DNA of 64,000 nt from Minisyncoccota bacterium (GTDB lineage: Bacteria; Patescibacteriota; Minisyncoccia; Phycocordibacterales; Phycocordibacteraceae). Position numbers and translations under genes: made by a program. The stretch spans positions 31,484-95,483 of the forward strand of contig DASZTF010000044.1 of the NCBI GenBank assembly GCA_035548315.1, in the 5' to 3' direction. Shown in pieces: positions 1 through 8,225 of the stretch (within the stretch, counting starts at the first letter, position 1; the number at the start of each line of letters is the position of its first letter). The notes beneath the pieces were generated by a model. That model saw nothing but the letters and a program-made list of their open reading frames with translations. It was not told the origin of the DNA and did no database searches.

Positions 1-443
1 AAGCAGGAAATAACTTCGCGCAGCGCACTCGATTCGACGAACGAGTCGGCGTCGAGACAGCCCACGAGTTCAGCGCTCGTCGCTGCGATGCCTGCGTTGA
101 GCGCGGTATGCTTGCCGCCGTTTTCTTTACGGATGATCTTCACCTGCGGATTATCCGCGAACGCTGCCATCGCCGCGGGCGTGCCATCGGTCGAGCCATC
201 GTCCACGAGCACTACTTCGAGTTTGTCTGTGGGGTAGTCGAGCGCGAGCGCGGACTTCACTGTGCCGGCGACGGTGTGCATTTCGTTGTAGCAGGGGATG
301 ATGATGGCGACCGTCGGCGTCTTGGCGGACGCGCCGCGCGCGCGCGCGCGGCGCGCGGGGGTCGAGAGGAACGTGAGCAGCACGAACGTCTCGAAGAAGA
401 TCGCGATAAAGAGAAACGGATATGCCAGTATCTGCGGCCCCAT
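1..443 (-). CDS. Family-2 glycosyltransferase (PgaC/NodC-like processive GT), N-terminal part; gene continues beyond window start
   Basis: Absent from ORF track because its stop lies outside the window. Reverse-complement translation from ATG (complement of 441-443) gives MGPQILAYPFLFIAIFFETFVLLTFLS (TM helix) ... IIIPCYNE ... VVLVDDGSTDGT ... NGGKHTALNAGI ... GCLDADSF. These are the canonical GT-A/GT2 motifs. Confidence 0.8.
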   Translation of the reverse strand, partial: MGPQILAYPFLFIAIFFETFVLLTFLSTPARRARARGASAKTPTVAIIIPCYNEMHTVAGTVKSALALDYPTDKLEVVLVDDGSTDGTPAAMAAFADNPQVKIIRKENGGKHTALNAGIAATSAELVGCLDADSFVESSALREVISC

Positions 444-482
444 AGTAGGGGTCATTATACCACAAATGCGGTACTTTTGGGC

Positions 483-1637
483 CTAGCGGATGGTGGCGGC
501 GAATTCGCTCACCGTGCGTTCCTCGAGCTGCTTGTGGAGCGCGTTCACCTCGTCATTGGTGAGTGTGCGCTCGAGCGAGCGGTAGGTGATGCGGTAGGCG
601 TAGCTCACGTTGCCCTCACCGAGCTTCGCTGCATTTTCATACTTGTCGAGGAGTGTCACATCTTCTGCCATATCGCCGAGCACGTCGCGCACGAGGTCGA
701 AGTAGTTGTTTGGGATGAAGTCGTTCTTCACGATGAATGAGATATCGCGTACCACGGGCGGATACTTGCTGACTTCTTTGTATTCTTGGCCGAGCACGAG
801 CTGCTTCTTGATGCGCTGGTCATCGCTCCAGAGGAGGCGGATGTCCGGGAGCGCCATCGAGATGATCGCGAGGCGCTCGATACCGAATCCGAATGCCCAT
901 CCGTGATATCCTTCCAAACCCAATTTAGAAAGCGTGGACTTTTTCGGCATACCGCTCCCGAGGATCTCGAGCCACTCGCCCTTTGCCGGGCCTTCTGCGG
1001 CCGTGCCCTTCACATTTACCTCCACCTCAAACGACGGGTCGGTGTACGGGAAAGTGTCGGCGTTTACACGGAACTGCGTAGCCGGGCCGAACACCGAGTG
1101 CACAATATCGCCGAACACTTTCTTCAAGTCGTCCTCCGTAATCTCGACCGAATCAGGCGCGATATACCACGCACCCATCTGGTGGAAGATGTTCATATGG
1201 CGACTGTCTATTTCGTCCTTGCGGTAGACCTTGCCGTAGCAGAGCGCACCCATCGACTTTCCGCGTGCGATGCGTTCCTTGATCTCGGGCTGGCTCAGGT
1301 AGTAGTACCAGAACACCGTGTCGTGGGTGCGCAGCGCGTTTTCCTCGTCCACGAAGTAGGTGTCCGACGTACTGCGTGCTGGGTGGTCGGGTGGGAAGTC
1401 GAAGAGGTCGAAGAGGATAGACGAGGGGACGATTTCCGGGATCTCGATGTCGTCGAATCCGACGAATGACGGGGCAGCTTTGACCCGCTGGACTATTTCA
1501 TACAGCGGCGAGCCCGGGGTGCGGGAGAGGTCCGGCATAGCGAGGTACCGCTTCATGCGGGCAGCATCAAAGTCCGTGCGGGCTTCAAGCTCCTTCCGGA
1601 GACGCATTTCGTCGGTCCTATCGATTTTGATGTCCAT
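483..1637 (-). CDS. pheS: Phenylalanine--tRNA ligase, monomeric type (PheS-like class II catalytic core fused to C-terminal FDX-ACB anticodon-binding domain)
   Basis: Class II motif 3 GWAFGFGIERLAII. The ~110 aa C-terminal tail SKYPPVVRDISFIVKND...ERTLTNDEVNALHKQLEE matches the FDX-ACB fold of PheT C-termini and mitochondrial PheRS. Start moved to MDIKI (ATG at 1637) to avoid overlap with the downstream + gene. No pheT in window. Confidence 0.8.
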   Translation of the reverse strand: MDIKIDRTDEMRLRKELEARTDFDAARMKRYLAMPDLSRTPGSPLYEIVQRVKAAPSFVGFDDIEIPEIVPSSILFDLFDFPPDHPARSTSDTYFVDEENALRTHDTVFWYYYLSQPEIKERIARGKSMGALCYGKVYRKDEIDSRHMNIFHQMGAWYIAPDSVEITEDDLKKVFGDIVHSVFGPATQFRVNADTFPYTDPSFEVEVNVKGTAAEGPAKGEWLEILGSGMPKKSTLSKLGLEGYHGWAFGFGIERLAIISMALPDIRLLWSDDQRIKKQLVLGQEYKEVSKYPPVVRDISFIVKNDFIPNNYFDLVRDVLGDMAEDVTLLDKYENAAKLGEGNVSYAYRITYRSLERTLTNDEVNALHKQLEERTVSEFAATIR

Positions 1638-1667
1638 GGTGCCGAGTGTAGCAGAAATGGGTATAGT

Positions 1668-2330
1668 GTGGCTATGGAGAAGCATGTCTATTTCGTCCGA
1701 CACGGGGAGAGCAATAGCAACAAGGACGGTCTTTTGCGTGGCTCCGAATCCGGACTAACGGACGAAGGGAAGAAGCAAGCAGAAATCGTTGCCGCACGGG
1801 TCGGCCGTATTGGTGTGGATGCACTCATATCCAGTAAGTACGCTCGTACCTTAGATACAGCAGAAGCTATCGCGCGGGTAACGCGGCTTCAGGTCCAGAA
1901 GAGCGACCTTCTCGTCGAGTGGAGGCAGCCGAGCGCAATTATGGGCAAGCATAAGGATGACCCAATGGTCCGACAGATACACGCCGAAATACATGCTGGT
2001 CGCATGACTCCTGGGTACCGACATTCTGACGAAGAGTCCTTCAGCGACATGAAGGCTCGTGCCGTGGGTACACTTGAGCTGCTGCGCAATCATCCGAAAG
2101 ATCGTCTGTGCGTCGTTACGCACGGAATCTTCCTGCGTGTGCTTCTCGGCACTACGCTTCTTGGTGACCGATTTTCGGAACCTGACTTTCGCAACTTTAT
2201 GACACACCTACTTACTAGCAACACGGGGATCACATACGCTCGCTATCGTGATGATATTGGTTTCCGCGGGTATCCGACTGAATCAGGCTGGGAATTTATA
2301 TCCTGGAACGATGCAGCGCATCTTGGATGA
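1668..2330 (+). CDS. Histidine phosphatase family protein (phosphoglycerate mutase-like)
   Basis: N-terminal VYFVRHGESNSN catalytic RHG motif, and a C-terminal VVTHG region. Confidence 0.75.
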   Translation: MAMEKHVYFVRHGESNSNKDGLLRGSESGLTDEGKKQAEIVAARVGRIGVDALISSKYARTLDTAEAIARVTRLQVQKSDLLVEWRQPSAIMGKHKDDPMVRQIHAEIHAGRMTPGYRHSDEESFSDMKARAVGTLELLRNHPKDRLCVVTHGIFLRVLLGTTLLGDRFSEPDFRNFMTHLLTSNTGITYARYRDDIGFRGYPTESGWEFISWNDAAHLG

Positions 2331-2331
2331 T

Positions 2332-2679
2332 ATGGATTACGTCACGCTCGAGCAGTTCAAGATAAGCGGCATACACGGGCACCATGCGCACGAGCGCGTG
2401 GTGGAGCAGGAGTTCCTGGTCTCGGTAAAAGTGGGATGCGATATCGTGGCAGCGGGGAAGTCAGACAAACTTCCCGACACAATTGATTTTGATTTTCTTC
2501 GATCTTCTATTGAAGAAGTGTTTAAGAATAGAAGCTATTACCTAGTAGAAGCGCTAGCAGAAGACATTGCTACTGCCATATTCACAGACGCCCGCGCAAA
2601 AGAAATTACTGTTGCTATTAAAAAGTTGGCCGTCTGGCCCGACGCGGTCCCGGGCGTGGTCATCACGCGCACAAGATAA
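2332..2679 (+). CDS. folB: Dihydroneopterin aldolase
   Basis: MDYVTLEQFKISGIHGHHAHERVVEQEFLVSVKV resembles the FolB N-terminus. Start taken at the internal ATG that abuts the upstream stop. Size ~115 aa. Confidence 0.7.
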   Translation: MDYVTLEQFKISGIHGHHAHERVVEQEFLVSVKVGCDIVAAGKSDKLPDTIDFDFLRSSIEEVFKNRSYYLVEALAEDIATAIFTDARAKEITVAIKKLAVWPDAVPGVVITRTR

Positions 2680-2685
2680 ATAATA

Positions 2686-2735
2686 AAACCCCACTTACGT
2701 AGTGAGGTCGTGGAAGGTCTGCCGGTTCGGGTTTT
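2686..2735 (+). terminator. GC-rich hairpin after folB (CCGGTTCGGG / CCCAAACCGG stem) without clear U-tract
   Basis: 10-bp stem with one mismatch, loop TTTTTG, seen in sequence downstream of the folB stop. Confidence 0.3.
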
Positions 2736-2952
2736 TGCCCAAACCGGCATCCTTGGATGAGCCTGGCATCCTGGGGCTGTGCGGCTAGTTATCGGTGCGC
2801 TGCACCGTATCGGTCATCTCAATAGTCCCTCCCAAAAATCGTTCCATCTCCATGTCGAGACGGGGTATACAATTATATAGCATATACCTATAATATTGTC
2901 AATGCCTGGAAGCCAAGTTGTAGGGAAATGCACCCAGCGGGAGGCCCTCATT

Positions 2953-2963
2953 TGTGATAGAAT
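2953..2963 (+). promoter_or_regulatory. Extended -10 promoter element (TGaTAGAAT) upstream of gyrB
   Basis: tgtgaTAGAATataggtaagaaaccATG; there is also a perfect TATAAT at ~2893. Confidence 0.4.
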
Positions 2964-2977
2964 ATAGGTAAGAAACC

Positions 2978-5065
2978 ATGGCAAAAGGAGCTGAAAAAGA
3001 GCCTAAAAAGAAGGCTTCTAAAGACTACGATGCATCGAGCATTACCGTGCTCGAGGGCCTCGAGCCGGTCCGCAAGCGACCGGGCATGTACATCGGTACT
3101 ACGGGTCCCGATGGTCTCCACCACCTGATCTGGGAAATCTTTGATAACTCGCGCGACGAAGCGATGGGTGGTCACGCAGACGACATTGAAGTCGCGCTCC
3201 TGCCGGGCGGCTATGTGCGCGTCGCGGACAACGGCCGCGGTATCCCAGTCGGCATTCACCCCAAGACCAAGGTGAGCGCACTCGAGACCATCATGACCAC
3301 GCTCCACGCCGGCGGTAAGTTCGGCGGGGAAGATTCGGGCTACAAAGTCTCCGGTGGTCTCCACGGCGTGGGTGCCTCGGTAGTGAACGCACTTTCCACG
3401 CATGCGAAAGCAGTCGTCTACAAAGACGGCGGCATCCACAAGCAGGAATATAAAATTGGTAAGCCGATGGGCAAGGTGAAGCAGGTTGGGAAGTCGAAGC
3501 TCCACGGCTCGATCATCACGTTCCGTCCCGACGACACTATCTTTACCGATGGCGTGAAGTGGAACTGGGACAAGATCATCTCGCACCTGCGCCAGCAAGC
3601 GTACCTCGTGAAGGGTGTGCGCATTACGGTGATCGATGCACGCGAGAATACGCTCGCCGCAAATGAGGAGGATGTGTTCTACCTCCGCGAGCTCGCGCTT
3701 GAGGTGCCGTCGATGACGTTCTACTTCGAGGGTGGGCTCAAATCGCTTGTCGCATTCAACAACAAGCACCAGGAAGCGGTGCACAAGAATATTTTCTATG
3801 TCGACAAGGAAGCGGACGGTGTGATGGTGGAAGTCGCGCTCCAGTATGTGGACGACATCACGCCGCGCATTCTCGCGTTCGCGAACAATACGTACAACAG
3901 CGAGGGCGGTACGCACATCACCGGATTCAAGACGGCGCTCACGCGCTCGCTCAACACGTATGGCCGCAATGCCAACATCCTGAAAGAAAAAGATGAGAAC
4001 TTCACGGGAGACGACGTGCTTGAGGGCATCACGGCGGTGGTGTCGGTAAAACTCCCAGAGATTCAGTTTGAAGGTCAGACCAAAGCAAAGCTTGGTTCTG
4101 TGGAGGCACAGGGCGCGACTGCAACGGTGTTCGGCGAAGCATTCGCCGCATTCCTCGAAGAGAACCCGGATGATGCAAAGGCTATTGTGAACAAAGTGCT
4201 CCTCGCGCTCAAGGCGCGCAAGGCAGCAAAGGCCGCAAAGGATTCCGTGCTCCGTAAGGGTGCCCTCGAGGGCATGACGCTCCCGGGCAAGCTCGCGGAC
4301 TGCCAGGTGAAGGCGCCAAGCGAAGCAGAACTCTTCATCGTGGAGGGAGACTCCGCAGGTGGCACGGCCAAGACCGGCCGCGATCGCCGCACGCAGGCGA
4401 TCCTCCCGCTGCGCGGTAAGATCCTCAATATCGAGCGCGCGCGTCTCGACCGCATGCTTGCATCGGAGCAGATTCGTAACCTCGTGGTCGCACTCGGCAC
4501 CGCGATCGGCGACGTGTTCGACCTCGAGAAGCTTCGCTATCACAAGATCATCATCGCGACCGACGCCGACGTGGACGGCGCACACATCCGCACGCTCCTC
4601 CTCACGCTCTTCTATCGCCACTTCCGCCCGATCCTCGATGGCGGATACATCTACATCGCGCAACCGCCGCTCTTCAAGATCATGAAGGGCAAGGATATCC
4701 GCTACGCGTACTCGGACGCTGAGCGCGATAAGGAGCTCAAGGACATGGGCGTCGCGGTGAATGAGGTCGCGATTGCAGAAGGAGGCGACGATCAGAGTGG
4801 CGAAGAAGGCGAGGCAGAAGCAGAGGAGACCACCGTTAAAAAAGCATCCAAAGTCCGCGTGCAGCGCTACAAAGGTCTCGGAGAAATGAACGCGTCGGAA
4901 CTTTGGGAGACCACGATGGACCCAGCGCGTCGCGTGCTGAAGCAGGTCACTATTGAAGACGCGCAGGACGCCGACCGCATGTTCGATGTGCTCATGGGGA
5001 ACGACGTCGCGAGCCGTAAGTCGTTCATCCAATCGAACGCGAAGCTCGCGAATCTTGATATTTAA
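2978..5065 (+). CDS. gyrB: DNA gyrase subunit B
   Basis: GHKL ATPase N-terminus (GLHHLIWEIFDNSRDEAMGG, GLHGVGASVVNALS), TOPRIM (LFIVEGDSAGG) and C-terminal tail typical of GyrB. 695 aa. Confidence 0.95.
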   Translation: MAKGAEKEPKKKASKDYDASSITVLEGLEPVRKRPGMYIGTTGPDGLHHLIWEIFDNSRDEAMGGHADDIEVALLPGGYVRVADNGRGIPVGIHPKTKVSALETIMTTLHAGGKFGGEDSGYKVSGGLHGVGASVVNALSTHAKAVVYKDGGIHKQEYKIGKPMGKVKQVGKSKLHGSIITFRPDDTIFTDGVKWNWDKIISHLRQQAYLVKGVRITVIDARENTLAANEEDVFYLRELALEVPSMTFYFEGGLKSLVAFNNKHQEAVHKNIFYVDKEADGVMVEVALQYVDDITPRILAFANNTYNSEGGTHITGFKTALTRSLNTYGRNANILKEKDENFTGDDVLEGITAVVSVKLPEIQFEGQTKAKLGSVEAQGATATVFGEAFAAFLEENPDDAKAIVNKVLLALKARKAAKAAKDSVLRKGALEGMTLPGKLADCQVKAPSEAELFIVEGDSAGGTAKTGRDRRTQAILPLRGKILNIERARLDRMLASEQIRNLVVALGTAIGDVFDLEKLRYHKIIIATDADVDGAHIRTLLLTLFYRHFRPILDGGYIYIAQPPLFKIMKGKDIRYAYSDAERDKELKDMGVAVNEVAIAEGGDDQSGEEGEAEAEETTVKKASKVRVQRYKGLGEMNASELWETTMDPARRVLKQVTIEDAQDADRMFDVLMGNDVASRKSFIQSNAKLANLDI

Positions 5066-5067
5066 AT

Positions 5068-5153
5068 AAAACAAAACACCGCATTCACTCGGGACAGTAC
5101 GTCTTGGCCGAGCGGCCGTGAGCGCTGGCTCGAGGGGATGCGGTGTTTTGTTT
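5068..5153. terminator. Long-range inverted repeat (16-nt arms AAACAAAACACCGCAT / ATGCGGTGTTTTGTTT) between convergent gyrB and the downstream minus-strand gene; probable bidirectional terminator
   Basis: Perfect 16-bp complementary arms, A-run 5' and T-run 3', GC-rich ~54-nt interior that can fold further. Confidence 0.5.
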
Positions 5154-5937
5154 AGCGGCGAACGTCGAAGCTCTTGGTGTCGGTGTTGTCGTTCTCGTTC
5201 GACTCGTTCACGTCGTGGTTAGCATCCACCGTGACCTTGAGGTCTTGGTTGTTGCCCACGTCGAGCTTACCGCGTGTGAAGTCGAGTGTAAGCGGGAGGG
5301 TGGCACCCGCTGCAAGCGACGGCTCGTCCTGGTCAAAGTCAAACGAGCGGTCGTTCTGCGTCGGGAAGACGACGCGGATGTTCCAGCTGCCAGTGGCATT
5401 CGTGCCGTTATTGGTCACAAGGATTTTTGCCACGAGCTCGTCGTCGGAGTTCATGGAATCATCGGAGACGAAGCGGCCGCTGCGATCGAGGTAGCCGATG
5501 TCGGTAATCTTTACGGTGAGATTCGCGAGTCCGTAATTGGAGACGGGGATCTGTACCGGGGTCGAGCCCGGCACGTAGTACGGGTACGCGATGGTCTGGT
5601 AGTACGTCTGCTGATACTGCGCGCTACCAGCGTTTGCGGTCTGCGTCGTTACGGGCGCTGCAGGCTCAGCGGGCGGGACCGTGTAGGAAGTCGTCGTCGC
5701 CGTGGTGGTAGCAGTGACGGTCTGCGTCGTGTCGAACGAAAGAGAGGTCGACGGCACGGTGGTGAGGGAGTTGTCGGTCGGGGTGCTGTTCGTAAAGGCA
5801 AGCGGAATGTAGCGCGCTGCCCAGATGGCGAGCACGATACCGATAAGAATGAGGGCGATGAACCCGACAACGGCAAGCGTGCCCACCGCGGTGCTGCGGC
5901 CGTGGGTCTTTTCCGTCGTAATCGTGGTTTGCTGCAT
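5152..5937 (-). CDS. Membrane-anchored surface protein with Thr-rich linker and CARDB-like beta-sandwich domain
   Basis: N-terminal TM (AVGTLAVVGFIALILIGIVLAIW), a T/A/P-rich low-complexity segment, and a C-terminal WNIRVVFPTQND...DVNESNENDN motif resembling CARDB. Start taken at MQQTT. Confidence 0.55.
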   Translation of the reverse strand: MQQTTITTEKTHGRSTAVGTLAVVGFIALILIGIVLAIWAARYIPLAFTNSTPTDNSLTTVPSTSLSFDTTQTVTATTTATTTSYTVPPAEPAAPVTTQTANAGSAQYQQTYYQTIAYPYYVPGSTPVQIPVSNYGLANLTVKITDIGYLDRSGRFVSDDSMNSDDELVAKILVTNNGTNATGSWNIRVVFPTQNDRSFDFDQDEPSLAAGATLPLTLDFTRGKLDVGNNQDLKVTVDANHDVNESNENDNTDTKSFDVRR

Positions 5938-6048
5938 ATAGAGGGTATTTACCACACGCTGTATTATTTGTCAAATTGGCCGCTTTGTGCCCGAATGTGG
6001 GGCCTATTGACAAAGTCAGTTTAGTAGTGTATTTATATCTAAGATTAT

Positions 6049-6723
6049 ATGAGCGCAGTAAATGCAGCCGTACGACTCGTACGTGCCGCCCAGCATGCCT
6101 GGGCGGCCCGTTTCCAGTTCCTCGTGACGTTCACGGGGGTGCTGTTCGTGACGCTCTCGGTGCTCATCTGGCTCGATTGGGTACCAGACGCTCCGGCTGC
6201 AACCACGCCCGTACCGACGACCCTCTCTGAGCTCCAGTCGCCGGACGCGGTGCAGGCCTTTGTATCACTCTCGGGCGAAGATCCGGTGAAGATCACCGCG
6301 CCGGCAATCGGGCTCTCGGCCACGATCAGCAACCCCACGACGACCAATGTCGAGGCACTCGACCAGTACCTGCTTACGGGCGCGGTGCGATACCCGACGT
6401 CGGCGCTGCTTGGGCAGAATGGGAACATGATCCTGTTTGGCCACTCGAGCTACCTGCCTATAGTGCACAACCAGGCGTACAAGACGTTCGATGGCATCCA
6501 GAATTTGAAGCAGGGTGATCTCATCACGGTCTCTTCATCCGGTCGCGCTTATACCTACAGTGTGGACACCGTGGCGCAGGAGAATGTATCGACTGGGGCC
6601 ATCCCGCTCACGAACGACGGCAAGCAGCACCTGACGCTCGCGACGTGTGACTCGTTCGGCACGAAGTCAGACCGGTTCGTCGTCATGGCGACCCTTGTAG
6701 AAAGCCACGCGCTCTCGAACTAA
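6049..6723 (+). CDS. Sortase family transpeptidase
   Basis: N-terminal TM anchor, catalytic His in NMILFGHSSY, the TLATC active-site cysteine motif, and a downstream Arg. Confidence 0.8.
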   Translation: MSAVNAAVRLVRAAQHAWAARFQFLVTFTGVLFVTLSVLIWLDWVPDAPAATTPVPTTLSELQSPDAVQAFVSLSGEDPVKITAPAIGLSATISNPTTTNVEALDQYLLTGAVRYPTSALLGQNGNMILFGHSSYLPIVHNQAYKTFDGIQNLKQGDLITVSSSGRAYTYSVDTVAQENVSTGAIPLTNDGKQHLTLATCDSFGTKSDRFVVMATLVESHALSN

Positions 6724-6832
6724 CGTTCGAGGTCGTGTGGGTTTCTGCAAACAATAGTGTTTGTAGGGACAACGGTGATGCTTCTGTGCAAACAGGAGGG
6801 CATCATGGTCTTCAAATGGAAGGGAACACGTC

Positions 6833-8098
6833 ATGTCTGAAGACAATCATGGGCCTCCGTCACAAGAGGCACACGAACAAGTGATCAATGAGCGTAACGA
6901 TGCTCGCACAAAACTCGAGCAGACGAAACGCGAGCTCAACGATAGCCGCCAGAAAACTCGCGACGAGGAGATCGCGCATAACGCCACCAGAACGGAGCGC
7001 GATGCGCAAAAGACTCGCGCAGCAAACTGGCGCGTCGTCGCGTTCATCGCCGCGATCGCCGCGTTGCTGTTCGCCATCGGCCTCGCGCTGTGCATGTTCC
7101 GTTCGTGCCAGTATTCGACGCCCGTTGCGGCGCCGGAGACCATCACGTTCCCGAACAGCTCATCCGATCCATCGGCGGACGCCGGCAAGCAGTGCATCAA
7201 GCAGCAACTGAAGCTGCTCGGCTCAGCGCGTGTCGACGCAGTGAAGGAAGCGAGGGATTTGTACGGCGGCACTTCCGCCGGGCGCGAATTCGTCGACTAC
7301 GTCACCAAGAACCCGGATGGCGACCCCAAGAAGGGGATGCTCAAGGGTCTCGCGACCCTCGGACAGCGCATCGCATGGAACTTCACCGCCAGCAACGGCG
7401 AAGGGTTCCATCTCGACGACAAGCGGAAGGTCTGCATCTGCCACGATTGGCATCATGCGCACACCAAACCGCCGGCGCCTCCGGTCACACACACCATCTG
7501 GCAGCACACCGAGATTCAAAACCTCGGCAACGGCTGCGCCACGATCGACATCACCAACCTGTTCTTCGCCGGTGAGTACGTCCGAGTGCCGGACGGGCAG
7601 GGTGGTGTGGAAACCGCGCAGGTGAAGCACGGCGAGTTGCACTTCGGCTACGACACTGCCGATGGACCGCTCCCGCCTCATTTGTGCGGCACGATCCAGC
7701 AGGGTCACGGCTCGATCGAGAACTGGTATAACAGCCTGTGCTCGGCGAACTGCAAACCGCTCGCTGACTACATCTTCAACATGCTGGATGCCATGCCGGA
7801 GGAACCGCGCCGTATTTTCACCGTCGAAATTGTTGACGGTCATATACGGCTCACGGCGCCGATGGCGATCATCCGCAAAGTGATGTACTTCTGCTACTCG
7901 TTCACGTTGACCGATGGCAGACGCTTCGAGACGCGGTTCTTCTACCTGACTCCTCCGGGCAGACGCCCAGGCGAGTCAGGCGCAGGGAACTTCGTCTCCT
8001 GGGGCCGGTCCATGCACGTGACGCTCAACGCAGCGCGCTGGCCTATGGACTGGCGTCACGACGCGCCGGATGACGATCACTACCTTCACGTCCAGTAA
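6833..8098 (+). CDS. Hypothetical single-pass membrane protein: N-terminal charged coiled-coil, TM helix, Cys-rich (12 Cys) ectodomain
   Basis: Residues ~10-65 are K/E/R/Q-rich heptad-like. The TM helix is AFIAAIAALLFAIGLALCMF. The remainder contains CICHDWHH, LCGTIQ, CSANC and similar. No family recognised. Confidence 0.5.
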   Translation: MSEDNHGPPSQEAHEQVINERNDARTKLEQTKRELNDSRQKTRDEEIAHNATRTERDAQKTRAANWRVVAFIAAIAALLFAIGLALCMFRSCQYSTPVAAPETITFPNSSSDPSADAGKQCIKQQLKLLGSARVDAVKEARDLYGGTSAGREFVDYVTKNPDGDPKKGMLKGLATLGQRIAWNFTASNGEGFHLDDKRKVCICHDWHHAHTKPPAPPVTHTIWQHTEIQNLGNGCATIDITNLFFAGEYVRVPDGQGGVETAQVKHGELHFGYDTADGPLPPHLCGTIQQGHGSIENWYNSLCSANCKPLADYIFNMLDAMPEEPRRIFTVEIVDGHIRLTAPMAIIRKVMYFCYSFTLTDGRRFETRFFYLTPPGRRPGESGAGNFVSWGRSMHVTLNAARWPMDWRHDAPDDDHYLHVQ

Positions 8099-8112
8099 CA
8101 CGGACACCTTGA

Positions 8113-8152
8113 TGGGGGGTGGCGGGCAGCGATTGCTCGCCGCCCACCCTTT
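8113..8152 (+). terminator. Rho-independent terminator (GC hairpin + TTTTT)
   Basis: gggtggcgggcagcgattgctcgccgcccaccc followed by tttttgt. Confidence 0.55.
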
Positions 8153-8225
8153 TTGTACGCTGTGCCTTAGAGGCATGGCAGGGGCATTTATTTAACCAGT
8201 GCGTTACCAGCATTACTCAACATCT

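Noticed and set aside
108-740. 210-aa + strand ORF at window start
   Set aside because: Overlaps the GT2 glycosyltransferase and PheRS genes on the minus strand; no features.
2948-5074. 708-aa ORF antisense to gyrB
   Set aside because: No recognisable protein features, and it exactly shadows a highly conserved gene on the other strand. This is a typical high-GC antisense artefact.
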